Assembly (NCBI GenBank): GCA_012797845.1
Contig: JAAZOH010000040.1
Location: forward strand, 57,072-121,071
Length of the DNA stretch: 64,000 nt
Direction: 5' to 3'
Source: Candidatus Beckwithbacteria bacterium
GTDB taxonomy: Bacteria; Patescibacteriota; Microgenomatia; UBA1400; UBA1449
In this document: piece by piece, positions 48,201-58,016 of the stretch
Layout: every line of letters begins with the position of its first letter
How positions within the stretch are numbered: position 1 is the first letter of the stretch
The notes under the pieces: model-generated
Database searches by the model: none
The model's input: the letters and a program-made list of their open reading frames with translations, nothing else
Told to the model about the DNA's origin: nothing
Program-made: the position numbers and the translations under genes

Positions 48201-49842
48201 GAGTTGTCGAATCAATCATGGCAGTTTTAAAACCTTCTTTAAAAAGCCTTACGCCCAAGTCACAATCTTCAGTCACATTGAAAGCATCCCAACCCTGCAG
48301 CTTTTGCAATTCTTGAGTACGGAAATGGTTGCTGGTACCGCCAAGGGGAATAGTGGTATCTATTGACTGCAAACCGGACAAGGTAATATCAAACCAAAGC
48401 GAATATTCGGCTGTAAACAGCCTGGTGAGAATATTTTGCTCAGGATTGTAGTAGTTAAGTTTGGCCTGCAAACACTTGACGTCATCCGAAGCTTTATTAA
48501 AAGCAAGATAGGCTTTTTTAAGCTGCAATGGATCAGGTTGGTCTTCTGCATCATAGATAACCAAAAATTCACCAATAGCCTGCTTAAGACCATAATTACA
48601 AGCTTTGGGTTTTGTTTTAGGTTGGGAATGAGGGACAACAATAATTCTGACATAATCAGGCAAATTTAGTTTCTCGGCAGCTTCAATCGTAACCCTGTCA
48701 TCCTCTTCCAAAAGCAACTGGACATCAAGTTTATCCTTGGGCCAATCAAGCTTAGCAATTGATTTCAAAAAGTGTGGCAAAACATGAGCTTCTTTGTATA
48801 GCGGACAAAGAATGGTGTAGATGGGTAAAAGCTCTGGTTTTAAAGCTTGAATTTCTGCTTGGCTAACTGAAATTTCTGGCGGGAAATGGAGACTTTTTAA
48901 AATTAAATAGAGATTAAATAAAACATCAATAAAATAGATTGAGCTTAAAATCGCAACCACTACTTTTAATGTCTGAATAGGATTTAGGCATATGCCCACA
49001 GCCACTGAAGCCAAAATTAGAAATATAGTCAATTTTTGCCAATGCTTCAAGCTTGTAATAGCTGATTGATGTAATTCTAACTGTGTATGAGTAGTAAACC
49101 GTCTCCGTTTATAGCCAATTACACCCTCTTTATTTTGATCAATATACAAAGGCTTGACGTGATGAAGACGCTGCCAAATCGACAAGCTTAGTAGTTCAAA
49201 ACTGGCTGAAAATAACTTTGATTTCCGGTTACCGTGTTGGCGTCCATGATAAGGTACTTCCACAGTTCCAATACTAAAACCTGCCTCAACGCTCCTACGG
49301 ACAAATTCTAGATCAAAGCTCCAATTCCCTGGCTTAATTTCAATATGATCAATAATTTTCTTTTTAAAAACTTTAATACCGGATTGAATATCAACCTGTA
49401 GATTAAATAGTAATGTACCAAAAATAAATTTATACAAAGAAGCTAGTAGCTTTTTACCAACCCGCTGTTTGTTTTGATATTTCCTACTACCTATAACTAA
49501 ATCATATTGCTTTATGCTTTCAGCTAGTTCTGGAATTATTTCGGGAGGATACGCTAAATCAGCGTCAATAAAACCAATAGTCTGGTATTTGGCAGCCTTA
49601 ATTCCCACCCAAACAGCTTTACCTTTCCCAGAAGATTCTTTCCTAGTTATTATTTTAAAAGGATATTCCTTATTAAGATTTTTCAAAACTTTTAAACTTT
49701 TATCGGTTGAATGATCATTGACAACAATAATTTCGAAATGCCTAAAATTTTTTTGAAGAGTTTCCAACAACCTGGGGATTAAAACAGGAAGACTTTCCTG
49801 CTCATTTTTTACTGGAATGATAATACTAATCGAAGCTAGCAT
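45232..49842 (-). CDS. 1536-aa fusion: DPM-like GT2, processive GT2, Wzx-like flippase and GT4
   Basis: IIPVKNE/IDADL/DIQSGIK; YDAED/TEDCDLG/QRSRW; a multi-TM MOP-like block; GGAE/EGWGISVIEA. Confidence 0.85.
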   Translation of the reverse strand: MLASISIIIPVKNEQESLPVLIPRLLETLQKNFRHFEIIVVNDHSTDKSLKVLKNLNKEYPFKIITRKESSGKGKAVWVGIKAAKYQTIGFIDADLAYPPEIIPELAESIKQYDLVIGSRKYQNKQRVGKKLLASLYKFIFGTLLFNLQVDIQSGIKVFKKKIIDHIEIKPGNWSFDLEFVRRSVEAGFSIGTVEVPYHGRQHGNRKSKLFSASFELLSLSIWQRLHHVKPLYIDQNKEGVIGYKRRRFTTHTQLELHQSAITSLKHWQKLTIFLILASVAVGICLNPIQTLKVVVAILSSIYFIDVLFNLYLILKSLHFPPEISVSQAEIQALKPELLPIYTILCPLYKEAHVLPHFLKSIAKLDWPKDKLDVQLLLEEDDRVTIEAAEKLNLPDYVRIIVVPHSQPKTKPKACNYGLKQAIGEFLVIYDAEDQPDPLQLKKAYLAFNKASDDVKCLQAKLNYYNPEQNILTRLFTAEYSLWFDITLSGLQSIDTTIPLGGTSNHFRTQELQKLQGWDAFNVTEDCDLGVRLFKEGFKTAMIDSTTLEEANSKVGNWFRQRSRWIKGYIQTYFVHMRHPVQFVKNQSWHAFIFQLVVGGKIAFMLINPILWLATIAYFSLYAIVGPTIESLYPASIFYMAMTSLIFGNFLFIYYYMIGCAKREQWQLVKFVFLIPVYWLMVSLAAVKALWQFIVKPYYWEKTIHGLHLGQQQEQAEAQAEQQVESVDRQSFIGRRFGFLISTDAVSGGILVAASMLGNVLNFLYNAYLSRTISLESFGLVSLMGNFLFLSAIPLSGLSRTITNKSAYYFGKYQTAIKSYWAHIRSKVVYIGLALTALWLLTTPFLSHYFNSSSVIPFILFTPIWFIGTVAAVDSGYLSGILQFKTLAFMVAAEATSKLVFTVLLVQLGFEHWVYMAIPLSMAVSFLVGWYAAKKTKEKHIEQSPALYKFPVKFFSSSVLLKFSSVAFLSFDVILAKHYLSPSDAGHYALVALVGKMIYMIGSLFSQFVLPIVSKAEGESKASKPIFYKLFYLSSGVSLLAYLFVGLLGKYTTPLLLGSKIVPVVGLLPIYGIAIFYFTVANIIATFHQARNKHLFPTVNFMFALVQIFGIVLFHSSVSQIVWVMAIVGLANLSAMAFLHIFADALPTIWGNITDFLGLFLSVPAPEKKKLDSYKILIFNWRDTKHIWAGGAEVYVHEIAKQLVEKGHTVTVFCGNDHHNPKFETIDGVHIVRRGGFYTVYIWAFFYYLFRFKGKYDVIIDGENGIPFFTPLYAKEPIVGLVHHVHQEVFRKNLNPFSAMLATFLESQLMPWVYRNVEMITVSESSKKDMIKIGLGKKHQIAIINPGVTVCSPKNSKKTSYPSILYLGRLKAYKSIDTLIEAMVEIKQKQPKAKLTIAGFGEHKKQLKKLVKKLHLQDTVSFVGKVSEEAKYKLLTESWVFAYPSSMEGWGISVIEANACGTPVVAANVPGLRDSVSNPHTGYLVPHGDSGAFAQKITQLLTKKKLRTRMEQEAQKWAGQFSWDKSSQKLIEIIKA

Positions 49843-50039
49843 AATAATATAGAAACCAGGCTTGAATCATTGTAAGTACTTTAAATTAAGACCTATATAA
49901 TTCGATAATTAATTATAAATGAATTTTATATAAGTATTATACCTAATATTACAGATATAGCAATATTTTCCTATATTATTAATATAAATGACATTAAGTT
50001 ATGAAAATTGGGAGGGGTTGAAAAAAACTTAAGGAAAAA

Positions 50040-51002
50040 TTAGCGGTTATGCCATTTCCAGGCAGAAGTCACGATTGTTTCCAGATCTGAATATTGAGGT
50101 TTCCAGCCCAAATCCTGCTGCAGCTTTGTGCTATCCGCAATAAGCTCATTAGCATCACCTGGTCGGCGTTGTGAAATGTTTACTCGAACTGACTGACCTG
50201 TAACTTTTTCAACCATCTCAATAATTTGTTTATTCGAGTAACCTTGACCAGTTCCGGCATTATAAACATTAGTAGCATGACCTTCGCTTAATACCTGCAA
50301 AGCCATAATATGTGCTGAAGCCAAATCTAATACATGAATATAATCGCGAACGCAGGTGCCATCAAAAGTCTCATAATCATCACCAAATAGAGTAAATTCC
50401 CGTTTTTCCTGCACAGCTTTGATAATATTGGGGATAAGATGACTTTCTGGCTCATGAGCTTCACCTAAACTACCATCCAATAAAGCTCCAGCTGCATTGA
50501 AATAACGAATGGTAATAGAGCGTAAATGGTGAATTTGATCAAACCAACGCAACATCCGCTCAACCATTAATTTGCTTTCGCCATAAGGGTTAACTGGGGT
50601 TTTAGGATCGTCTTCTTTGATCGGAATCTGAACCGGATTACCATAGACTCCGGCAGTAGAAGAAAAAATCAGTTTGTCGACTTTGACATCAACCATAGCT
50701 CGCAGCAACTGTAAAGCCCCATTAACATTGTTATGAAAATATTTTCCCGGATCAACCATGGACTCGCCCATCTCAATCCAAGCGGCAAAATGCATGACTG
50801 CTTCGATTTTGTGCTGAGCAAGAGTTTTTTTGACAAATTCAAAATCCGTAGTTTCGCCAATCACCAGCTCATAATCTTTGACTCGCTCCCGGTCACCATG
50901 TTGCAAACTATCAAAAATTACTACTTCATGGCCAGCTTTTTTAAGCTCATGAGCACAAATCGAACCAATATATCCCGCTCCACCAGTAACTAAAATTTTC
51001 AT
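50040..51002 (-). CDS. galE: UDP-glucose 4-epimerase
   Basis: GGAGYIGS, FSSTA, NPYGESK, RYFNAAG and DGTCVRDYIH motifs; start MKILV. Confidence 0.93.
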   Translation of the reverse strand: MKILVTGGAGYIGSICAHELKKAGHEVVIFDSLQHGDRERVKDYELVIGETTDFEFVKKTLAQHKIEAVMHFAAWIEMGESMVDPGKYFHNNVNGALQLLRAMVDVKVDKLIFSSTAGVYGNPVQIPIKEDDPKTPVNPYGESKLMVERMLRWFDQIHHLRSITIRYFNAAGALLDGSLGEAHEPESHLIPNIIKAVQEKREFTLFGDDYETFDGTCVRDYIHVLDLASAHIMALQVLSEGHATNVYNAGTGQGYSNKQIIEMVEKVTGQSVRVNISQRRPGDANELIADSTKLQQDLGWKPQYSDLETIVTSAWKWHNR

Positions 51003-51003
51003 A

Positions 51004-51414
51004 TTATGTTTTATTGTAAATAAAGTGAACAATTTTTACTAATTTGCCTTTTTTATTTTTAATCCAACCAACTAAGTATAGTGCTAGCAAAATCCCTCCA
51101 ACATCAATTAACACATCTCTTATTGTCGAAGTCCGACCATAGGTAAAGCGTTGGTGGTATTCATCAGACATAGCATAGAGAGTACCTAAGACAGCCGTCA
51201 CTATTTTGTAATTTTTAATAGCATATGTATCTAAAAATGTCTGCTTTAAAGCTCTAAAAAGTAAGGTAAATAAAATAGCGTACTCGGTCACATGAGCTGT
51301 TTTTTTGATAACTACATCCCACCAAATAAGATAGGGAGTTTTGGTTGAAGGCAAGGAAGAGAAGAAAAAGATTACCCCACACCATAGTAACACTGGCAAC
51401 CATAACCTGATCAT
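51004..51414 (-). CDS. VanZ-family membrane protein
   Basis: KKTAHVTEYAIL and YAMSDEYHQ...GRTSTIRDVLID motifs. Confidence 0.85.
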   Translation of the reverse strand: MIRLWLPVLLWCGVIFFFSSLPSTKTPYLIWWDVVIKKTAHVTEYAILFTLLFRALKQTFLDTYAIKNYKIVTAVLGTLYAMSDEYHQRFTYGRTSTIRDVLIDVGGILLALYLVGWIKNKKGKLVKIVHFIYNKT

Positions 51415-51512
51415 CTTGATTTTTCGAAATGGACAAGAATTAAACATAGTACTTAGTGCCATAGAGTACTATTGTACCGCAAGAAGGTGTTTCGAAGTAG
51501 GTTTATATAAAT

Positions 51513-52748
51513 CTAATTTTTCTTAACTTTTTGTAAAAACTTATTAAGTTTTGGCTTCATCACTGGCACACTAGCCCCTCCAATCATTGCTAATCCCAAA
51601 CCAGCAATCCCAAAAGGCAGTAGTGGTTTTTTAGTTCCAGATCTAGAACTAACTTGCTCACCTAAAACTGAAGATATTGGCGTAGCAGAGGATGTGCTTA
51701 GTAACTCTGGTAGTTTTCTTTTGGCTTCTGCTGAATTAGTGCTATTTTTAATAGTTGATTTAGGAGTAGTAGTTTTTGTACCTAAAACTTGGGGGCTAGG
51801 CGTTGGCGTTGGGTTTTCACTTTCATCTTCCTCTTCATCACTTTCTTCTTCAATACAGCTACTATTTGCGCTGTTTTGACTTGGCTCAGCCAGACACCAG
51901 TTATCATTTACCAAAGCCCATGATATGCCTTTGCTAATTTCTGGATATTCCAAACTGAATTTTTCTTCCAAAGCAGCATTGAATAATTTGAGTAAATCTC
52001 CACTATTATTTAGAGCAATATCGTTAACCTCATAAGCTTTATATGATTTACTAGCTATTTCCAGATCGGCAATGATTTCTCCATCTTTATTACTCTCTAA
52101 AGCATTGCGGTCTTTCAAGTACCAACCTTCTAAGTTAACGGAGTTGTCATTGCCATTATAAAACTCCACCCACTCAGCTCCAGTTTCTGGAGAAGGAAAA
52201 ACTTCAGTAATTTTGATATTGTCGTAGTTTTGGTAAGTTTTAGTTTCAGAGGTTGGAGTCGGAGTTGAAGTTGGTGATAGCTCAGAGGTAGAAGTTGTTT
52301 CTGAGACTATAATCTTAATCTCTTTTTCATCGCTATCAATATTGTTAGTAGTCTCAACTTTTTGAACTCTAATAACCAAGTTATTTTTACCTAACTCAGC
52401 AGTATCCTTTACTCTAAATATTGCTGATTGTTCTGGATTGATTTGTCCAGTTTCTGTAGTTATTAATACTGGAAAACTAACCCAAGAACTATTATCACCC
52501 AACCACTTATTACTTTGAGGATTAAAGGTTTCAGCTTTATTAAGGGTATTATCTACACCAATTCTGATTTTATAGTAGTATTCTGAGTTTGAATCTAAAT
52601 CACCCGTAAAACTTAAGCTACTTTCCTGATTAATTTCAATTTGTTGCGGATAAGAATTAATATTGGGAATTGCCCAAACAAACCGTGGAAACGAAATAAG
52701 AAAAAATAAAACTACTAAAAAAACTATGCTACGAAGCAAAGTAGACAT
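51513..52748 (-). CDS. Surface protein with a lamin-tail domain and C-terminal TM anchor
   Basis: Signal peptide; IKITEVFP...EWVEFYN...LNNSGD; Thr/Pro linkers. Confidence 0.8.
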   Translation of the reverse strand: MSTLLRSIVFLVVLFFLISFPRFVWAIPNINSYPQQIEINQESSLSFTGDLDSNSEYYYKIRIGVDNTLNKAETFNPQSNKWLGDNSSWVSFPVLITTETGQINPEQSAIFRVKDTAELGKNNLVIRVQKVETTNNIDSDEKEIKIIVSETTSTSELSPTSTPTPTSETKTYQNYDNIKITEVFPSPETGAEWVEFYNGNDNSVNLEGWYLKDRNALESNKDGEIIADLEIASKSYKAYEVNDIALNNSGDLLKLFNAALEEKFSLEYPEISKGISWALVNDNWCLAEPSQNSANSSCIEEESDEEEDESENPTPTPSPQVLGTKTTTPKSTIKNSTNSAEAKRKLPELLSTSSATPISSVLGEQVSSRSGTKKPLLPFGIAGLGLAMIGGASVPVMKPKLNKFLQKVKKN

Positions 52749-52775
52749 AGTTTAATAGTAACAAAAAACTACATA

Positions 52776-53219
52776 CTAATCTTTTTTGAAAGGAACAATT
52801 GTACCAATACCTTGATTTCCAAGTCTTCGAATCCTCTCTCTAAAAGTTTTTTCTGGTTTTTGAAATAACTCTTCTTTATCAAGTCCCTCTTCTGTTAAAG
52901 TAATATCCTGTGAATAAACTTCAATTGCTAGTTCCCATAAATCCATTGGTGATAATTCAAGAGCTGGATCAATTGTCTGCAATTCGTCTAAAATAGCAAT
53001 CAATTTAGCCCTGATTTGTAAATCAGTTTGTTTTAAAGATCCATCATTAACTATTAGTTTGGAAATTCTATTTATTATTGATGTCATTCTTTCAACGCCA
53101 TTCTTATCACCAATTGAAGAACTTTCATTCAACATACCCGTTGCAATCCAATATAAGCCAGCGCCAATATTTATTGAAGTGATTGAATTAAACCTGAGTA
53201 TGTTTTGTTCTTGCATCAT
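52776..53219 (-). CDS. Orphan hypothetical protein
   Basis: 147-aa ORF with TATAAT shortly upstream. Confidence 0.6.
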   Translation of the reverse strand: MMQEQNILRFNSITSINIGAGLYWIATGMLNESSSIGDKNGVERMTSIINRISKLIVNDGSLKQTDLQIRAKLIAILDELQTIDPALELSPMDLWELAIEVYSQDITLTEEGLDKEELFQKPEKTFRERIRRLGNQGIGTIVPFKKD

Positions 53220-53247
53220 TAGAAGCTATATTATAAAGCAAAAATTT

Positions 53248-53322
53248 TCATTCTGAACTTGTTTTGCAAATTCAATATCTTAAGATTTTGCAGCAGGATT
53301 CTAAAGTGATTTTGACTGACAA
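53248..53322. repeat. Highly degenerate GTCAT-family repeat remnant
   Basis: TCATTCTGAACTTGTTTT at one end and ...CTGACA at the other; similar span to the intact pairs. Confidence 0.35.
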
Positions 53323-53325
53323 TAC

Positions 53326-54540
53326 CTAATAGTTCACATGCAAATAATACGTCTCCAAATCCCCATCCTTATGATCGACTCGGACATAACGTAGGCGACA
53401 GCCACCAGAACCACCATAACTACCACGATAAAGCGTCCCATCTTGGACTGCTCGAACCTCAGTTGAACCACCTAAAATATCAATTCCATTATGAAATGAG
53501 TAGATCTGACCGACCCAGGTGTTTTGGACTGCCCAAGTACTACCATACCCTTGATTCATTCTAATTTTAGGAGATAGTGGCCAAGACCAGTTCCCACTAG
53601 GATTAAAGGGATCACCTTCATTACAATCTCCTCCCCCAGAACAGTTATCGTGATCAATGCCTGATAAATAAGAAAAGGGATTATAGGTATTACCATTACC
53701 ATCAGCTACCGTAAAATGTAAATGGGTCCCACTGGAATTACATGATGAACCAGTAATAACCGAAGCAATCTTATCACCAGCCTTAACTTCACCTACTTCT
53801 TCCTCATCTCCCCGACCAGCAATAATAGCCTGAATCGCTTCAAACTCAGATCTAGCTTGAGACAGCAATGATTGGAAACGTGCCTCATCATTTTTAGTAG
53901 CTACCAATAAATCTTGCTTAACTGCTTTTTGTGAAGCCAAAACTGTCTGCTGATTTTGTAAAAAAGTTTGCAGCTCTTCCAGTTCTTTTTGTTTTTCTTC
54001 TTTTAAAGCTTTTTGTTTATCAAAGTTTTGCTTAGTCTCTTCCAAGGCGTACATCACCTCTTTATCGTGCATTTGAGCAGCCTGCAGATACTTAACTCTT
54101 GAAAGTAGATCACTAAAATCATTAGAGGCAAATAGTAAATAGACTGAAGGCATAAACGAGCGTTTATAGGTTTCTTCGATTCTATTTGTAAGAAGAACTG
54201 TAATTTCATCCAAGCTTTGATCAAGCTGGTTGATTTTGACAGCTAAATCCTCAATTTCGCTTGTAAGTACGGCAATTTCTTGCTCTGTTTTAGTAATCCG
54301 AGCAGAAGTTAAGTAAATTTGGTTATCCAAAACTGCAATTGTGGAGGCCAGTGTACGCTGTTGGGATTTAGCTTCTTCAATCTTTTGTTCATATTCTTTA
54401 ATTTTTTCTTCCAGTTCATGCAGTTTATCTCCCTGCTCATCAGCCAATGAACTGGTCGGCAATACTAAAAGCAATAATAGTAAACCAATAAAGCTTAAAA
54501 GAATACTAAGAATGATGTTTTGTTTGCGGAAAAGCTTCAT
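53326..54540 (-). CDS. EnvC/CwlO-like coiled-coil protein with a circularly permuted M23 peptidase domain
   Basis: Signal peptide and long coiled coil; GTHLHF precedes HNGID; downstream of ftsEX. Confidence 0.8.
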   Translation of the reverse strand: MKLFRKQNIILSILLSFIGLLLLLLVLPTSSLADEQGDKLHELEEKIKEYEQKIEEAKSQQRTLASTIAVLDNQIYLTSARITKTEQEIAVLTSEIEDLAVKINQLDQSLDEITVLLTNRIEETYKRSFMPSVYLLFASNDFSDLLSRVKYLQAAQMHDKEVMYALEETKQNFDKQKALKEEKQKELEELQTFLQNQQTVLASQKAVKQDLLVATKNDEARFQSLLSQARSEFEAIQAIIAGRGDEEEVGEVKAGDKIASVITGSSCNSSGTHLHFTVADGNGNTYNPFSYLSGIDHDNCSGGGDCNEGDPFNPSGNWSWPLSPKIRMNQGYGSTWAVQNTWVGQIYSFHNGIDILGGSTEVRAVQDGTLYRGSYGGSGGCRLRYVRVDHKDGDLETYYLHVNY

Positions 54541-54577
54541 AGCGTATCTGTCAACTATTAGCTACTAACTACTTGTG

Positions 54578-55456
54578 TTATACCCGAAGAAAGCGCCTGA
54601 CTGCAAGCAAGCTACTAATAGCTCCAACTACCATGCCACCCAAAACCATAACTCCAAGCATAATCAGAAGCAAAGTAATATTAATTGGTAAGGCAATAAT
54701 ATCCTTGAGCCAGTCAATTAAAACTGGAGTAGCATACTGTAAAGCCGTAAACATACCCAGCCAGCCAAAAAACGCTCCTAAAGCCCCATAAAACATCCCT
54801 TCAAGTAAAAACGGACTATGAACATACCAGGCTGAAGCCCCTAGTAAGCGCATAATTTCTATTTCCTTCCGTTTATCTTTGACCTTTAAGCCAATAATGA
54901 CAATCAAAATTAGAATGGATAAAAAGAGCAAAAAGCCAATCATTCCGAGTCCGGTATAACGGACATTTTTAAACCAGCGTGACATTTGGGAAACCACGTC
55001 TTCATGATACGCAATGTCAGTAACTTGCGGCTCGGATTCCAAAACATCTTTAAGCTGACCTAGCGAATCAATGTCAGTAGCCGAAATTTCGATAGATGGT
55101 GGCAAAATTTTGTAGTCAACCAATTCATTTAAAAGCGGATCATTTTCATTTTTTTCCTTGTAAATTTTTTCAGCTTCCTTGGTTGAAACATAAGTAAAAC
55201 TACCTAATTTGCCTGTTGCTTCCAGTTTTTGTTTAATTCGATCAATATCTTGATCAGGTAAATCTTTGCCTCGCTCAAAAAAAACAATTACTTGTGGAGC
55301 GGCTTCAAAATATTTGAGAATAAGGTGCGAACCAGCTGAAATTAAGACAAAAACTGCTACCGCAAAAAAAGATAGGGCCAAAATCAGCACGGCTATTAAA
55401 GCCTGATAAGGCGTACGTCTAACTTGCTTAAACATGGTCGAAATTGAGCTTGCCAT
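54578..55456 (-). CDS. ftsX: Cell division permease FtsX
   Basis: Four-TM layout; RKEIEIMRLLGAS...PFLLEG; follows ftsE. Confidence 0.9.
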   Translation of the reverse strand: MASSISTMFKQVRRTPYQALIAVLILALSFFAVAVFVLISAGSHLILKYFEAAPQVIVFFERGKDLPDQDIDRIKQKLEATGKLGSFTYVSTKEAEKIYKEKNENDPLLNELVDYKILPPSIEISATDIDSLGQLKDVLESEPQVTDIAYHEDVVSQMSRWFKNVRYTGLGMIGFLLFLSILILIVIIGLKVKDKRKEIEIMRLLGASAWYVHSPFLLEGMFYGALGAFFGWLGMFTALQYATPVLIDWLKDIIALPINITLLLIMLGVMVLGGMVVGAISSLLAVRRFLRV

Positions 55457-55464
55457 AAATATAG

Positions 55465-56163
55465 TTACGCATCCTTTTTGCGTTTATACTTTTTAGCTTT
55501 TTTATCTTCAGCTAACTTACCTTTATCAAGAATCATAACCCGTTCTCCCATAGAGTTGACCATGTCTAAATTGTGTGTAGCTACAATCACGGTTTTACCG
55601 CTCCGATTAATCTCTTTTAAAAGTGAGGCAATTTTCCAGGCCGATTCATCGTCCAAATTAGCCGTTGGTTCATCGGCAAAAATCAGAACTGGATCTCCAA
55701 CCACCGCTCGAGCAATCCCAATCCGCTGAATTTCTCCCCCAGATAACTGAACTGGAAATTTATCAGCTTTATCAGTCAAATCAACCAAATCCAAAACTGC
55801 TTCAACTGCTTCTTTAATTTCCTGTGGTTTTTTACCCACGATTTCCATAGCCATGGCAATATTTTCAAAAATAGTCCGGTCCATCAACAGTTTTACATCT
55901 TGAAAAGAAGCGCCGATTTGGCGACGAAGCTTGGGTACACAAATCCCTTTTTTATTGCTAATTTCAATATTATCAAGCATGATTTTCCCCTGAGTGGGTC
56001 GAAGTTCTCTTAGTAGCAACCGCAAAAAAGTAGTTTTACCAGAACCAGAGGGGCCTACTAAAAACACCATCTCTCCTGGTTCAATTTCGCAGGATACGTT
56101 ATCTAAAGCCAATGTTTCATCGCCAAATTTATGACTGACTTGATCAAAAACAATAAATGCCAT
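55465..56163 (-). CDS. ftsE: Cell division ABC ATPase FtsE
   Basis: GPSGSGKTT, LRRQIG..FQD, LSGGEIQR and DEPTANLD motifs. Confidence 0.9.
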   Translation of the reverse strand: MAFIVFDQVSHKFGDETLALDNVSCEIEPGEMVFLVGPSGSGKTTFLRLLLRELRPTQGKIMLDNIEISNKKGICVPKLRRQIGASFQDVKLLMDRTIFENIAMAMEIVGKKPQEIKEAVEAVLDLVDLTDKADKFPVQLSGGEIQRIGIARAVVGDPVLIFADEPTANLDDESAWKIASLLKEINRSGKTVIVATHNLDMVNSMGERVMILDKGKLAEDKKAKKYKRKKDA

Positions 56164-56172
56164 ACATATATG

Positions 56173-56200
56173 GTCATTCCAAACGGGGTCCAGAATGACA
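56173..56200. repeat. Collapsed GTCAT-family repeat (both ends only)
   Basis: GTCATTCC-AAACGGGGTCCA-GAATGACA. Confidence 0.5.
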
Positions 56201-56207
56201 AAAGAAG

Positions 56208-56798
56208 CTATTTCACTACTTCTAATTTACCCACATCCATAAGCCATCCGGCTTTTTGAGCGCTAAAGGTTTCTCCCCAAACTTTGACAGTCCGACCAAC
56301 AAATTGATCTAAATCAATAACAGAGGAAGTCATATAGATGGTTTGGGAATCACCTCCCGGCCGGACTAGATGATGAGAACCCTCACCGTCTACCCCACCT
56401 TTTTCCAAAGTTCCTTCAGCTGTATCTTTAAAAGTTCGTTCATCAGCTACTCCAACTTTAGTTCCAACTGTAATTTCGTCTTTACTAACTTCACGTTGTA
56501 AACCTGGCTCATTTCTTAAACCACTAGAACCAACACTACCTCCAGTAAAAACTGCCAGACCATAACCCGTTCCTGCTCCTAATAGTAAAACCACCAATAC
56601 TAAAACAATAATGGGAAACGGTTTTTTCATATTTGTTCCTTTCGAAGCTCCTTGTGGATCAAGTGGTTTTAAAACTGGATTTGCTGCAACTATTGGAGTA
56701 GTAGCTGGCTTGACTGCTTGATTAGTCGGGGTTGTTTGAGTTCTGGGCAAAGTACTTGGAGCTTGATTAGTAACTGGTGTAGGTTGAGCAGTTGGCAT
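56208..56798 (-). CDS. Single-TM hypothetical protein with a Pro/Thr-rich N-terminus
   Basis: TM followed by a small beta domain (EGSHHLVRPGG...KVWGETF). Confidence 0.75.
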   Translation of the reverse strand: MPTAQPTPVTNQAPSTLPRTQTTPTNQAVKPATTPIVAANPVLKPLDPQGASKGTNMKKPFPIIVLVLVVLLLGAGTGYGLAVFTGGSVGSSGLRNEPGLQREVSKDEITVGTKVGVADERTFKDTAEGTLEKGGVDGEGSHHLVRPGGDSQTIYMTSSVIDLDQFVGRTVKVWGETFSAQKAGWLMDVGKLEVVK

Positions 56799-56896
56799 AG
56801 ATTTTTGAAAATGTTTTTTACCAGTTTACTATATCACAATTCATAAACACAGTAACAGAACTGAAGAGCTTAAATTTCATTCTGAGAAAGCTTTTA

Positions 56897-57982
56897 CTAC
56901 AAACTCACTTCGGCTTGGATAAATTGATCCAGATTACCATCCAAAACACCATCTGGATCAGAAGTTTCAACTCTGGTCCGTAAATCTTTAACCATTTTAT
57001 ACGGATGAAGTACATAAGACCGGATTTGATTACCCCAACCATGCGTTTTATGCTCACCTTTAACAGCTGCTACTTGTTGTTGTTGTTGTTGCTCCTCCAA
57101 ATCCCACAACTTGGCTTGCAAAAGTTGCATCGCTATTTTGCGGTTTTGGGTCTGGGTTCGCTGAGTCTGACATTCCACGGTAATCCCAGTCGGAAGATGT
57201 TTAAGCCGAACTGCGGTAGAAACTTTGTTAACATTTTGGCCACCATGACCGCCAGACCGAAAAGCTTCAAAGCTAATATCTTCCGGCTTGATATCAAGCT
57301 GCGTTGTTTCTTCCATAATAGGCAGTATCTCTACGCCAGCAAAAGAAGTTTGACGCAAGTTATCAGCATTAAAAGGGGACAAGCGGACTAGTCGATGCAC
57401 TCCTTGCTCGTGTTTTAGGTAGCCATAAGCAAATCTGGCTTCAATTAAATAGGTGACACTTTTAATACCGGTTTCCTCACCTGGTCGCAGATCTATCAAG
57501 ATAGCTTTCCATTCTTTTTTTTCAAAATAGCGCATATACATGCGCTGGAGCATGGCTGCCCAATCACAAGCTTCAGTTCCTCCCTGGCCAGCATGAATCG
57601 ACAAAAAAGCAGCTCCTTTATCATATGTTCCAGAAAAATACGTTTGGATTTCCAGCTTTTTGAGAATGGTTTCAGCTTTGACTAAATCTGTTTCTAACAG
57701 TTTTTGATCATCTTGGGAAAGATCGTCTCCCACCATTTCCAGATTTTCTAAACCTTCAACAAGCAATTTTTTGACTAAATCAATTTGCTCTATATCTTCC
57801 CTAAGCTGATCCAGGTTTTGCATTTTTTGTTGGGCAGCTTGGGAATCCTGCCAAAAATCAGGAGCACTAGCTTCTGCTTCCAATTTTGCAAGCTCCAGTT
57901 TCATAGCTGACAAATCAAGCTTGTCGATTAAAATATTGGCTTTTTGATTAAGATCTTGGAATTTATCTGATAATTCACTCAT
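56897..57982 (-). CDS. prfB: Peptide chain release factor 2 (no programmed frameshift)
   Basis: GQGGTEA, RLSPF and GGQNVNK motifs; uninterrupted 361-aa frame. Confidence 0.95.
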   Translation of the reverse strand: MSELSDKFQDLNQKANILIDKLDLSAMKLELAKLEAEASAPDFWQDSQAAQQKMQNLDQLREDIEQIDLVKKLLVEGLENLEMVGDDLSQDDQKLLETDLVKAETILKKLEIQTYFSGTYDKGAAFLSIHAGQGGTEACDWAAMLQRMYMRYFEKKEWKAILIDLRPGEETGIKSVTYLIEARFAYGYLKHEQGVHRLVRLSPFNADNLRQTSFAGVEILPIMEETTQLDIKPEDISFEAFRSGGHGGQNVNKVSTAVRLKHLPTGITVECQTQRTQTQNRKIAMQLLQAKLWDLEEQQQQQQVAAVKGEHKTHGWGNQIRSYVLHPYKMVKDLRTRVETSDPDGVLDGNLDQFIQAEVSL

Positions 57983-58016
57983 GAAGCTATTTTAACATCA
58001 TCCTGCTTACGCGTCT

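Noticed and set aside
57073..57091. Glutamine-codon run in prfB (poly-Gln)
   Set aside because: In-frame triplet run in a helical region; cannot cause phase variation.
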